Notes: generated by a model from the sequence alone, not told the origin. A stretch of DNA of 64,000 bases from Alphaproteobacteria bacterium (GCA_020632925.1 JACKER010000007.1:180910-244909); one strand, 5' to 3'; counted from the first letter of the stretch, positions 54,101 to 63,083 are shown. Translations and numbers: made by a program.

Positions 54101-56019
54101 CGCACGGGGGCGCGGTCCCCTTCGACGCCGACGGCGACGGGGTGGACGAGGTGGCGCTCGCCCGGGGGTACGATCTGGTGCTCGCCCGGGAGGGGACCGC
54201 CGGCTGGGTGACCGTCCGCGTGGGGCACGCGCGCGCGCTCGGTGCCGCCGACATCGACGGCGACGGTGACCAGGAGCTGCTCGTGAGCGTCGACGGCAGG
54301 CTCCATGCGCTGGGCGCGGGCGAGGACCTGCTCCCGGGCTGGGTGCCCGCGGTCCAGGTGGCCGAAGCCCCTCCTGCTGGCGCGGGTGCGCTGGCGTCCG
54401 AGATCCAGCGGGCGGAGGACCTGTGTGCCCTGGGCTTCGGGGAGGACTGCGCGGACCGGCTGGCGCGGCTGGCGGATCTGGCCGCCGATCCCGATCTGGC
54501 GGCCACGCTCCAGCTCCGGTCGGCGGCGCTCGCGGCGTCGCAGGGGCGGACCGAGCTCGCCGTCGAGCGCTACTTGCGGGCAGCGGATCGGATCGGCCCG
54601 CCGGGCAGGCAGGCGGCCGCCGACACCCTCCGCGCGGCGGGCGAGCCCGACCGTGCGCTGGAGCTGGCGCCGGACGACCCCGTGCTGCAGGCCCTCGCTG
54701 CGGTGCCCGCGCTGACCGTGGTCGGCGCCGAAGGGCTCTCGCCGGTGGCGCAGGTGGCCGATCCGATGGGGGCGCGGCTCGAGCCCGGTGCGGGGCTCTG
54801 GCTCACCCCGCTGGGCCCCGAGCCGGTGCTCGAGGTGCCGCTGCGGTTCGACGGGCCGCGGCTCGGCGTCGACCTGTCCCTGGATCTCCTCGGCCTCGAG
54901 TGGGCCGGGGGACTGGTGCTCGAGCTCACCGACGCCGATGGGGGCGAGGTCGTGACGCTCGTGACCTACGGACACGGCGGTGGCGGGGTCGTCCAGACCA
55001 CGCTGCACGGCTCCGCGGGGGCGGGGCTCGTGCGGAACGCCTCGTCCGCGCCCGCGCCGGTGCTCGGGGAGCTGCGCCTGCGCGCGGAGATCCGCGCGGA
55101 GGACGGGAGCGCCGTGATCACGCTGGAGGCGCCGTGGGGGACGGAGCGGGTCGCCGGCCGGCGGGCAGCGCCGCTCGCGGCCGGGCCGATGCGCCTGGTG
55201 GTGCGCGCCAAGGACCCCGACATCCAGAGCGTGGCCGAGCTCAGGATCACGTCGTTGGTGCTGCGTGGGCTCACCCCCGTGCCGTCGTCGCCGAGCGGCC
55301 TCGCTCGCGCCGCGCGGGCCCTCGTGCTCGGAGCGCCCCAGGAGGCGTTGGCGGAGCTGCCCGAGGAGCCCGAGGCCGACCGGTTGCGCGTGCTCGCGCT
55401 CGACGACCTCGGGCGGTGGGGGGAGACGACCCCGGTGTTGGCGCGGATGATGCGGGCCGACCCCGAGGGCACCGCCGCCTGGGCCCGGCGTGCGCTGCGT
55501 CTGCGCGGTGAGCCCCTCGGTCGGATGGTGATGGAGGCCCTGGGGTCCGAGGCCGCCGCGGAGGCCTGGTGGGGCCTGGAGCTGGTCGCCCGCGGTCCGA
55601 CGCCGGACCCCCGGCTGGTTCGCGCGCTGACCGCCGGACCGCTGGCGGAGGTCCACACCGACGACGTCGACCTGCTCCGCGCGCGCGCCAGGTCCTGGTC
55701 CTCGCTCGGCAAGTTCGCGATCGTGGCCGACCAGCTGGAGGAGGCGTGGGCTGCGACGCGCACGGCGGAAGCCGGGCCGGAGCGGGATCGCACGCTGACG
55801 GCGATCCTGTTGGAGCGGGCGGCGCTGCACACGGCGCGGGGCGACCGCGTGCCCGCCATGGAGGACCTGCGCCAGGCCCTGGCCACCTCCGCGGTCCCCG
55901 ACCTGACGGCCGACCTCGTCCGGGCCGACCCTCGCTTCACGCCGCTCCACGACCTCGATGCCTGGGGCGAGCTCGTGCTGGCGGCGTCCCCGCTCCCCGG
56001 CGATCCCCCGGCGAGGTAG
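51127..56019 (+). CDS. Tandem (dual) Ser/Thr protein kinase with TM helix and large extracytoplasmic region containing FG-GAP-like repeats
   Basis: Kinase 1 (HRDLKPANLVV, DFGCA, APE). Kinase 2 (GRGGMGVVY, AVKV, HRDVKPGNVLLD, DLGLA, GTPGYMAPE). TM TAVVVLGVAIAAVGLVV. Ca-binding-like DxDxDG repeats (DLDRDGRPE, DADGDGVDE, DIDGDGDQE). TTGACAGG about 35 nt upstream of ATG 51127. Confidence 0.85.
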   Translation: MDGLGPWVLGTELGRGAEGVVWRCHHRDQPDRVGALKLAHARPRDPRHAARQLALLRALDHPGVLPVWDAGEREGQPWIVSPLAEGTSVLALRTDPPQPEAVVLSVGAQLAEILAHAHARGVWHRDLKPANLVVRPDGRLVVLDFGCAAAGFLTALTATGDRAPGTPEYAPPEWFLADGDPAAHDLYALGVLLVELLDGRPAFAPMLLDDLVEHKLAGPLRPERGPAVVAALAMALTDPDPTRRPGADEARAVLAPWAAPIAPVSDATWAPEVGPSVPAPVARVGRYEVLGELGRGGMGVVYRARDPELQREVAVKVAGVAGSSRGRAARVDHLLSEARAIARFDHPNLVRVLDAGRHDGGVFFAMELVDGPDLGAVLRERGTPPLDQALAWTLAIGRALAHAHAAGVVHRDVKPGNVLLDPSGSPRLTDLGLAVEAHTGAAAAGTPGYMAPEQAHGDEVGPQADVYGLGAVLYELLTGTLPHGRGHALQLLHRTTTLDPPPVRSRAPGLPADLDDVLRTALDRDPARRYPDAGSLCADLERVRRGEPVACVPQPLRRRLGWQLRRRRTAVVVLGVAIAAVGLVVGVPAARRALRERDAASRLEVVEARIDQARAEGDEGRARELFDAFVTLPANEGTAALGRAWLWRADRDGDVESLLEAYAVSTRAADQREALLRVAQRYEQEGLLDELAGVLAIAGQRGLVDEGFDRVLAALEVASRRPVAPDRLGTADDLAPLVGLLAHVTTTAHLVRDVLVVGDDAVVIAVDPEGRAARLARDLGAATPLDLPSGTVRAVRGPGPPWVAVVGAADVQVGEVAGATFRSVMSWPGPERIGGHGLARADLDRDGRPELYIGHGDRRVTGMHLDEGGTWVPFEPLPEFRWANSAPVALDAVDAGAALAVATRGWGLYDARVYGAPVSDEGRPSRWTRVRAGSVSDVAGLRGPQGWRVLAPVGGPIPNRDVWPASLGPDGPPPVVRVIEADGTTTQVVAGPHGGAVPFDADGDGVDEVALARGYDLVLAREGTAGWVTVRVGHARALGAADIDGDGDQELLVSVDGRLHALGAGEDLLPGWVPAVQVAEAPPAGAGALASEIQRAEDLCALGFGEDCADRLARLADLAADPDLAATLQLRSAALAASQGRTELAVERYLRAADRIGPPGRQAAADTLRAAGEPDRALELAPDDPVLQALAAVPALTVVGAEGLSPVAQVADPMGARLEPGAGLWLTPLGPEPVLEVPLRFDGPRLGVDLSLDLLGLEWAGGLVLELTDADGGEVVTLVTYGHGGGGVVQTTLHGSAGAGLVRNASSAPAPVLGELRLRAEIRAEDGSAVITLEAPWGTERVAGRRAAPLAAGPMRLVVRAKDPDIQSVAELRITSLVLRGLTPVPSSPSGLARAARALVLGAPQEALAELPEEPEADRLRVLALDDLGRWGETTPVLARMMRADPEGTAAWARRALRLRGEPLGRMVMEALGSEAAAEAWWGLELVARGPTPDPRLVRALTAGPLAEVHTDDVDLLRARARSWSSLGKFAIVADQLEEAWAATRTAEAGPERDRTLTAILLERAALHTARGDRVPAMEDLRQALATSAVPDLTADLVRADPRFTPLHDLDAWGELVLAASPLPGDPPAR

Positions 56020-56027
56020 CTTCGGCC

Positions 56028-56930
56028 ATGGCCCGCCTCGTCCATCCGTCGTCCGGCAAGCTGCACACCCTCGGCGCCCGCAACCTGGTGGGCAGGAGCG
56101 CCGCCTGCGCCGTGACGATCGACGATCGCGCCATCTCGGGCGAGCACGCGAGCCTGGTGTGGACCGGCGCCGGGTGGGAGCTGCGCGACCTCGGGAGCCG
56201 CAACGGGACCTTCGTCGACGGTGTCGCCGTGCCCCCCGGACAGGCCGTGCCCGTGGGCGCCGCCCACCGCCTCGGCTTCGGCCGCGACGACGGCGCCTGG
56301 CAGCTCGCGGAGGACGGTCCGCCCGTGGCGCAGGCGATCGGGCTGCCCGACGGCCCGTCCCGCTCGGCCACCGGCGGCCTGCTGCTGCTGCCCGACGAGG
56401 AGGAGCCGGTCCTGTCGGTGTTCGAGGACGCCGATGGGCGCTGGGTCTGCGACGGTCCCGAGGGCGTGGCGATCGCGCTCGACCAGGGCGTGGTGCGCGC
56501 CGGGGAGCAGGTGTTCCGGCTGTTCCTGCCCACGCTGCTCGCGCCGACGGTCGCGCGGTCGGACGACGCGGCGCTCGAGCTGCGCTTCCGGGTGAGCGAC
56601 GACGAGGAGTACGTCGAGCTCGACGTGGTCCGCGAGGGTCGCGCGGTTCCGCTCGGCGCACGCTCCGCGAACTACCTGCTGCTCACGCTCGCCCGACGCC
56701 GCCTCCAGGACGCCGAGCAGCCCGCGGCCGAGCGCGGGTGGATCCACCAGGAGGACCTCGCCCGCATGCTGCGCGTCTCCGACATCACGGTGGGGACGCA
56801 GGTGCATCGCGCCCGCGCCCACCTCGCCGCGGCCGGCGTGGAGGGGGCGGGCCAGCTCGTGGAGCGGAGGCACCGCACGCGCCAGCTCCGCATCGGCACC
56901 GACGCGCTGCGGATCGGCCCGCTCGGGTGA
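56028..56930 (+). CDS. FHA domain-containing protein
   Basis: N-terminal FHA: LGARNLVGRSAACAVTIDDRAISGEHASLVW...LRDLGSRNGTFVDG. The stop overlaps the downstream kinase start. Confidence 0.85.
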   Translation: MARLVHPSSGKLHTLGARNLVGRSAACAVTIDDRAISGEHASLVWTGAGWELRDLGSRNGTFVDGVAVPPGQAVPVGAAHRLGFGRDDGAWQLAEDGPPVAQAIGLPDGPSRSATGGLLLLPDEEEPVLSVFEDADGRWVCDGPEGVAIALDQGVVRAGEQVFRLFLPTLLAPTVARSDDAALELRFRVSDDEEYVELDVVREGRAVPLGARSANYLLLTLARRRLQDAEQPAAERGWIHQEDLARMLRVSDITVGTQVHRARAHLAAAGVEGAGQLVERRHRTRQLRIGTDALRIGPLG

Positions 56931-58648
56931 GCGGCGATCGGTTCGCGCTGGTCGGCGAGCTCGGGCGCGGGGGCACCGCGACCGTCTGGCTCGCGGAGGA
57001 CGCCAGCCGCGGGGAGCGCGTCGCGCTCAAGGTCGTCCACGCGCACCTCGCGGATCGCCCGTCCACCCGACGCCGCCTGGCGCGCGAGCTGCAGGCCGCT
57101 GCTCGGGTTCGCCACCCGGCCATCCTCCACCCGCTGGAGGAGGTGGAGCACGGGGGCTCCCCCGCGCTGGTCCTGCCGGCGCTCTCGGGCCAGACGCTGC
57201 TCGACCGGATCGAGCGGGACGGGCCGTTGGCCGAGCCCGACCTGCGCCTGCTGCTGGCCCGCGTCGGCGGTGCGCTCGCCGCAGCCCACGGCGCCGGCGT
57301 GCTCCACCGCGACGTGACGCCGCGCAACGTGCTCTGGGACGACGGCGGGGAGCCCATGCTCACGGACTTCGGGCTCGCGCGCCTCGCCGACCAGGGCACG
57401 GCGACCACGGGCGCCCTCGGCACGGTGGGCTACGCGGCCCCCGAGGTGTACACGGCCGGGGCGCGCGATCCGCGGGCCGACGCGTACGGCCTGGGTGCGG
57501 TGCTCTACCTTGCGGCGGCCGGGCGCCCCGCCTACGACGCCCCCACGGCCATGGGCGCCCTGCAGGCGCAGCTCGACGGCCGGCACACGCCGCTCGCGGA
57601 GCTGCGGCCCGACCGCGATCCCGCGCTGGTCGGCACGATCGAGGCGCTCCTGCGGCCCGAGCCCGAGGACCGCCCGTCGGTCTCCGAGGCGCTCCACCTC
57701 ACGTCGCGCGCCGCCGCCACCGCCGCCCCCGTCGTGCGGCGCCGGTGGGGGCGCATCGGCAGCGCGATCAGCCTGTGGCTGCTGGTGGCGCTCGGGTTCT
57801 TCCAGGACCTCGGCAGCTTCGCGCTGTCCACGGTGATCCTGGGCCACGGGGTGGCGGCGCCGGACATCCACCAGATGACCCAGGGGATCACCATGCTGAT
57901 CCTGCTGCCGCTGGTCATGGTCCCCGCGCTCGTGTCGATCGTCGCGAAGGACCGTGCGCCCGGGCTGCGCGCGGGGGGCGGCGTGCTCGCGGCGATGGTC
58001 CTGGCCTACGCGATCTTCGCGGGGGTGGTCGCGCCCGAGCAGGGGATGGGCGCCGGCTGGGACCTCGTCGGCACGATGCTCTACCACCAGATGGCCTGGG
58101 TGCTGCTCGTGGGGGCGGTGGTGGCCCTCGCGCGGCCCTGGGGCGGGTTCACCGTGACCGCGCCCGCCTCCGCGCCGGTCCGCGTGCCGCTGGCGAGCGA
58201 GGCGCGGAGGGCGCTGGACGCGCTGCTCGCGCTGGACGTGCCGGAGATCGTGCGCGCCGATCTGCGCGGGCTCTGCGAGGACCTGGGCGCCTCGATCGGC
58301 GAGCTCGAGGCGGAGCTCGGGACCGTGGACGACGCGCTGGGACGCACGGCGGCGGACCCCGGGCTGCTCGCGCAGCTGGAGGCCCGACGCGCGCGGGCGG
58401 CGGCCCACGGCCAGCCCACCGGCGAGCATGACCGCGCCGTCGAGGCCCAACGACGCCTCCTCGCCGAGGTGGACGCGCTCGAGGAACGGCGGGTGGCGGC
58501 GGTGGCCCGCCTGCTGGAGATCAGGGCCGAGGCCGTACATGCGGGGAGGCAGCTCCAGGAGGCACCGGATCCGGAGCCCACGACCCGCGACCTGCGCACC
58601 CTGCGGGATCGTGCGCGGGACGCCGCCCGAGCGCTGCAGCGCGGGTGA
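56927..58648 (+). CDS. Ser/Thr protein kinase with multi-TM C-terminal region
   Basis: Start GTG 56927 (GTGA overlap). GELGRGGTATVW, ALKV, HRDVTPRNVL, DFGLA, APE. Then 4-5 TM helices and a coiled-coil tail. Confidence 0.85.
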   Translation: MSGDRFALVGELGRGGTATVWLAEDASRGERVALKVVHAHLADRPSTRRRLARELQAAARVRHPAILHPLEEVEHGGSPALVLPALSGQTLLDRIERDGPLAEPDLRLLLARVGGALAAAHGAGVLHRDVTPRNVLWDDGGEPMLTDFGLARLADQGTATTGALGTVGYAAPEVYTAGARDPRADAYGLGAVLYLAAAGRPAYDAPTAMGALQAQLDGRHTPLAELRPDRDPALVGTIEALLRPEPEDRPSVSEALHLTSRAAATAAPVVRRRWGRIGSAISLWLLVALGFFQDLGSFALSTVILGHGVAAPDIHQMTQGITMLILLPLVMVPALVSIVAKDRAPGLRAGGGVLAAMVLAYAIFAGVVAPEQGMGAGWDLVGTMLYHQMAWVLLVGAVVALARPWGGFTVTAPASAPVRVPLASEARRALDALLALDVPEIVRADLRGLCEDLGASIGELEAELGTVDDALGRTAADPGLLAQLEARRARAAAHGQPTGEHDRAVEAQRRLLAEVDALEERRVAAVARLLEIRAEAVHAGRQLQEAPDPEPTTRDLRTLRDRARDAARALQRG

Positions 58649-58819
58649 GTGCCGCTGCGGTCGTCGAGCCAAAGCACACCGTGATCCGGACCAGCTGCGG
58701 TACCACAAGGAGTGGGTACTGGTCGATGCGCCGGTCGTGGGCGGTTGCCCGGAAAGGGAATTTGGATCTCGTGCTACAGTCCGACTCGAACCGGTCGATG
58801 ACGACAGCTGGGGGGATCC

Positions 58820-59113
58820 ATGATCCGACGCGAGCTGGAGAACGACGAGGACGAGGAGACCGTCCGCATGACGGGCTCCGAGGTGCGGGCGATGCTCGCC
58901 AACGACACCCCCACCACCGCGGGCCTGCGGGATCACGCTCCGGTGGCGGTGGACGGCTCCCTCGAGGATCCGGTGGTGCGCGCCACGCCCGAGACCGCCG
59001 CGCTGCGCTCGGTCGACCCGGTCGCGCGGGAGTTCGAGGTGGCCTGGATCCTCGCGGGCGCGACCTTCATGGCCATCGCGGTCTCCGCGCTGGTCGCGCT
59101 GGCCTTCCTGTAG
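58820..59113 (+). CDS. Small tail-anchored hypothetical protein (97 aa)
   Basis: Acidic N-terminus. C-terminal TM helix AWILAGATFMAIAVSALVALAFL. Followed by a GC-rich hairpin. Confidence 0.5.
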   Translation: MIRRELENDEDEETVRMTGSEVRAMLANDTPTTAGLRDHAPVAVDGSLEDPVVRATPETAALRSVDPVAREFEVAWILAGATFMAIAVSALVALAFL

Positions 59114-59119
59114 CCCGGA

Positions 59120-59142
59120 GCCCCCTCCACCCGGGAGGGGGC
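59120..59142 (+). terminator. GC-rich stem-loop (9-bp stem GCCCCCTCC / GGAGGGGGC, 5-nt loop) between convergent genes; a second hairpin at 59170..59184 (GGCCGC-TCT-GCGGCC)
   Basis: Perfect inverted repeat immediately after the stop at 59113. No U-tract, which is usual for high-GC genomes. Confidence 0.4.
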
Positions 59143-59189
59143 GGCCCGCAGGGCCGGGGTGGGTGGGGAGGCCGCTCTGCGGCCGGGAA

Positions 59190-59840
59190 TCAGCGGTGCT
59201 CGTCGAACACCGTGCCAGCCTCGTTGTACATCGACCGGAAGAAGGTGTTCACCAGCGCGCTGACCGAGCCGTGGAGCTGCAGCTCGCCATCGACCGCGGC
59301 GTCGGTGTTCTCCTCCGCGCCGTTCGTCAGGGACAGCAGGCCGGCGTGGCCGAGGTCGGCGATGATCAGCTCGTCGGCGGAGAGCTCGAGCGAGAGGTTG
59401 GGCATCGCGAGGAGCGCGTTGCGGAGCTGGCGGTTGTTGACGAGCGCCTGCGTGCGCGCCGCGAGCCCCGACGCCATCACGAAGCGCGCGTCGAGCTCGG
59501 CGTCTCCCGACGCGAACACGCCGTCGAGCGAGCCGGCGTCGGCGGAGCCCTGCTCCTCGATGCGCAGGGTCATCGTGTTGTACCGCGGGAGGCGCACCGT
59601 CCACTTCCAGCGATCCGAGAGCTCGTCGAAGCTCATGGAGGTGCCCTGGATCTGGCGTGACCAGTTGCCCGGCTTCACCTGGCGGTACCCGAGGCCGGCG
59701 AGGGCGTTGTTGCGGGCCTCGGGATCGACCTTCTTGCGCCGGGTGAAGAGGAAGCCCCCGACACCGAGCACCACGACCGCCACGACGACGGCGAACAGGA
59801 GGAGGGCGACGAGGCCGCCGACGACGATGAGCCATTCCAT
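59190..59840 (-). CDS. Hypothetical membrane-anchored protein
   Basis: N-terminal TM MEWLIVVGGLVALLLFAVVVAVVVLGVGGFLF followed by RRKK (N-in anchor). N/K/Q/S-containing natural composition. Confidence 0.65.
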   Translation of the reverse strand: MEWLIVVGGLVALLLFAVVVAVVVLGVGGFLFTRRKKVDPEARNNALAGLGYRQVKPGNWSRQIQGTSMSFDELSDRWKWTVRLPRYNTMTLRIEEQGSADAGSLDGVFASGDAELDARFVMASGLAARTQALVNNRQLRNALLAMPNLSLELSADELIIADLGHAGLLSLTNGAEENTDAAVDGELQLHGSVSALVNTFFRSMYNEAGTVFDEHR

Positions 59841-59873
59841 GGGACGGGATGCTCCCGCGAACCGGCGCTCGCG

Positions 59874-62800
59874 TCAACGCCGCCGGCGCGTGACCACCAG
59901 GCCGACGAGGATCGCGCCCAGGCCGATCAGGGGGCTGCCCGAAGTACCGGCCGCGTCGCAGCCGCAGTTCATCGACCGGTAGCCCGGGGTGTCGAAGGGA
60001 CCGTCGGCGGGATCGAGCACCATCCCGTCCTCGGTCTGCACGCCCTCGGGCGGTGTGCCGCCGACGAGCACGACCTCGCCGGCGTTGAAGCCGTCGATGG
60101 TCCAGGAGAGCCAGTCGGTGCCGTCGAACCCGTAGACCGCGTAGAAGGTGGAGCCGGCGTGGTAGTTCGTGTCCTCGAGCTCCATGCGCTCGCCGAGCTC
60201 GGGGCTGTCGGTCTCCCAGGCGATCTGGCCGTCGTCGGCGCCGCGGGGCTGCCGGTCCACCGAGCGCACCACCCGGACCTTGCGCACCGGCGCGTGGATC
60301 GGGTTGGTCCACGACAGCAGCGCGGTCGTGTCGTCGAGCGGCGCGACCTCGAAGTCGCCGATGCCGAGGCGGTTGTCGGGGGTGGCGGGCGCGACCACGC
60401 ACACGTCGTCGATCGTCCAGCCGCCGAACTCGAGGCCGCCGTCGGTGCGCAGCTCGAACGTGAAGCTCACGTCGCCCTGGTCGCCGACGCCGCCGAGATC
60501 GACCACGTGGCTGCGCCAGGAGCCGTCGACCGTCTGGTCCTCGCCGCCCGCGCTGCCCCAGTTGCGCCACACCTCGGTGCCGTTGGCGGTGATCCCGGCC
60601 TGGTCGTACTGGGCGTCCTCGACCGACAGCCAGCGGCGGTACTGCAGGAACACACCCGTGTACCACTTCGTGGGGATCGCGGGCGTGCTGAGCCGGTTCC
60701 ACTTGTCCGACTGGTAGGCGCCGTTGAAGTTGTCGTGGCCCAGGTCGTTGCCCCAGACCTTGTTGCCGCTGAACGCACCCGACGGGTCTCCGGACCGCCC
60801 GTTGGGCGTGCCCCACTGCCAGTCGTCGGCGCCGTCGACGGCCTCGCCCTGCACGAGCTCGTGGACGTACCCGCCGTCGTCCCGCTCGAAGTCGTCGCAG
60901 TGGACCTCGAGGAAGTCGCCCTCGTAGAAGGAGTACGGGTTGATGGCGCCGCCCGCCGGGGAGGCGAAGTCGTCACCGTTCACGGTGTCGCCCGTGACGT
61001 AGTACTCGATGATCGCGCCCTCGCCCTGGGACGGGATGTCGCCGACGATCGCGTCCGAGCCCGCGGGCGACATGGCGGCCGTCTGCCAGCTGCCCCCGTC
61101 GACGCGGTAGTGGACGACGCCCGAGTCGGCGCGGACCGCGGAGCAGCCCGACGACACGTCGACGAGCTCCACCCGGACCTCGTGGGCCTGGCCGGCGGGC
61201 TCGCGGATCAGGGGCTCGTGGCTGCTGATGACGCCGCCCGTGGTGTTGCCGTTCGCGAGGCCGTGGCGCGCGAAGGCCTCGTTGAGCGCGCAGACGTGGG
61301 GCGTGCCGTTCTGCAGGTTGCCGTCGTCGTCGTCGGCCACCAGCGCCGCGGCGTAGGTGTCGGGGATCCGGGGCCCCGACTCGAGCAGGCCGGCGAAGAT
61401 GTCGCTCGTGATCGCGACGGCCGAGGCCTCTCCCTCCTGGTCGGTCAGCAGCCCGAGCAGGTCGTACATCGCGCCGCCGAAGATCAGGCCGTCCTCGTGG
61501 ACCTCGCCGACGATGTCCCGGGGGTAGACGTGGTCCGGACCGAGGTCGCGGACGGCGCCGCCCCCGACGAAGAAGTAGGGCCCCATCTTGCGGTCGAGCG
61601 TCTGCAGCGTGCTGACCACGTCGCCGGCGCCCTCGCTGACCGAGCCGTCGAAGGTGCCGCCGAGCAGCGAGTGGTAGTGAAAGCCGTGACCCCACTCGTG
61701 GTAGATGACATCGCCGATCTGCCCGGTGTTGTTGCAGCCGCCGCCCGACTGGAAGAAGTTGACGTTGCCGTCCCAGTAGGCGTTGCAGACCTGGCTCAGG
61801 TTCACGTTCGCGGTGAACTTGTCGGTCACCCAGGACACGTTCGGGGCGAAGGCCAGCCCCCACGCCTGCACGTCGTGCAGGAAGCGGTAGGTGTCGAGCT
61901 GGGACTGGTGGGCGTCGGCGCTGGTCCACTGCAGGCCGGTCGGGTCGTTGCTCGACAGCGAGCCCTCGGGGTTGGCGCTGTCGACGACGCGGACGTAGTC
62001 GCCGTTGAGGTCGGTGCGGTAGGGGCCGCTGCCGTTGACCGTGAAGTCGCCGTTCTCGTCGGTCAGCGCGCTGTCGTTGCTGCTCCGGACCACGGAGAGC
62101 GGCATGTCGGCGGTGACGAGCGGCGAGCCGTCGACGGTGCGGTCGTGCACGCGGGCGGTGACCGTGCCCGTCGCGAAGCGGACCTCGTTGTGCACCGAGA
62201 GCAGCTCGCCGGTCTCGCCGTCGACGAGCGAGACCCAGTGGCCGACGGGCTCGGCGGTGCGGCTGCGGACCTCGAAGACCTTGCGCAGCTCGAAGCCGGA
62301 CAGCGAGGTGCGCTCGAGCAGGACGGGGCGGGTCTGCACGTCGGTGTGCTTGGCGGCGGGCGCGGGGCCCTGGCGGACTGCAGCGGTGAGGGCGGCCGCG
62401 GGGCCGAGGCGGAGCGAGCCCGTGACCTCGGCGTTCGGGGCCGTCTCGACCTGGAGGTAGACGAGGTTGCCCTGGACGATGCGCGCAGCGATGCCGCCGC
62501 GCCAGGTCGGGAGGCCGTCGCGGAGCGTGTCGAAGTCGACGAACCAGATGTCGCGGATCTCGTCGTACGCAGCGGAGCGCAGGACGAGCGTGCCGGTCTC
62601 GTAGCCGAACAGGCCGTGGTGGCGATCGAGCAGGGAGGCGACGGCCTCGATCATCGGCTCGCGACCCTCGGGCATCGGGATGCCCTGGCCCATCGCCCAC
62701 CGCGGGCGGCCGGTGAGCTCGTCGAAGCGCGCGGTCCAGCCCGGCGCGTCGGTCGCGGTGAACACCCGCCACGCAGGCCCCTGCAGCAGGCGGCCCTGCT

Positions 62801-62912
62801 CCTCGTCGTGCCAGACCTGCAGCCGCGAGGGCTCGATGCCCTGGAAGGTGTCGTCGCTGGGGACGAGGGCGTGGGCCTGGAGCGCGGCGAGGACGGTGAG
62901 GTGGGGGAGCAT
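59874..62912 (-). CDS. Secreted zinc metalloprotease (HExxH; M6/M36-like) with beta-rich accessory domains and a C-terminal MYXO-CTERM sorting signal
   Basis: Start ATG 62912 with a GGAGG Shine-Dalgarno. Signal peptide MLPHLTVLAALQAHA. Zincin motif VIYHEWGHGFHYH. C-terminus ...MNCGCDAAGTSGSPLIGLGAILVGLVVTRRRR (Cys motif, hydrophobic helix, Arg tail). The upstream in-frame 308-codon extension is His/Arg/Pro-rich and artefact-like. Confidence 0.8.
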   Translation of the reverse strand: MLPHLTVLAALQAHALVPSDDTFQGIEPSRLQVWHDEEQGRLLQGPAWRVFTATDAPGWTARFDELTGRPRWAMGQGIPMPEGREPMIEAVASLLDRHHGLFGYETGTLVLRSAAYDEIRDIWFVDFDTLRDGLPTWRGGIAARIVQGNLVYLQVETAPNAEVTGSLRLGPAAALTAAVRQGPAPAAKHTDVQTRPVLLERTSLSGFELRKVFEVRSRTAEPVGHWVSLVDGETGELLSVHNEVRFATGTVTARVHDRTVDGSPLVTADMPLSVVRSSNDSALTDENGDFTVNGSGPYRTDLNGDYVRVVDSANPEGSLSSNDPTGLQWTSADAHQSQLDTYRFLHDVQAWGLAFAPNVSWVTDKFTANVNLSQVCNAYWDGNVNFFQSGGGCNNTGQIGDVIYHEWGHGFHYHSLLGGTFDGSVSEGAGDVVSTLQTLDRKMGPYFFVGGGAVRDLGPDHVYPRDIVGEVHEDGLIFGGAMYDLLGLLTDQEGEASAVAITSDIFAGLLESGPRIPDTYAAALVADDDDGNLQNGTPHVCALNEAFARHGLANGNTTGGVISSHEPLIREPAGQAHEVRVELVDVSSGCSAVRADSGVVHYRVDGGSWQTAAMSPAGSDAIVGDIPSQGEGAIIEYYVTGDTVNGDDFASPAGGAINPYSFYEGDFLEVHCDDFERDDGGYVHELVQGEAVDGADDWQWGTPNGRSGDPSGAFSGNKVWGNDLGHDNFNGAYQSDKWNRLSTPAIPTKWYTGVFLQYRRWLSVEDAQYDQAGITANGTEVWRNWGSAGGEDQTVDGSWRSHVVDLGGVGDQGDVSFTFELRTDGGLEFGGWTIDDVCVVAPATPDNRLGIGDFEVAPLDDTTALLSWTNPIHAPVRKVRVVRSVDRQPRGADDGQIAWETDSPELGERMELEDTNYHAGSTFYAVYGFDGTDWLSWTIDGFNAGEVVLVGGTPPEGVQTEDGMVLDPADGPFDTPGYRSMNCGCDAAGTSGSPLIGLGAILVGLVVTRRRR

Positions 62913-63083
62913 GGTCTCGACCTCCGGACACCCTTCCTGTGTGCACGGCACGTGCCAGCGCAGGTCGATGGCCGCTGAGACCGTACCAAGGCTGTTTTCG
63001 GTGGCGGTCGAGGCCATCCATGCGGAAGAATGATCGCACTCCCGGTGTCCACGCACCCGACGTCCCGAGGCTATGGAGAGACG

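Noticed and set aside
51109-56661. 1850-aa minus ORF antisense to the dual Ser/Thr kinase
   Set aside because: The sense strand carries two complete kinase domains. The antisense translation is Arg/Pro/Gly/His-rich.
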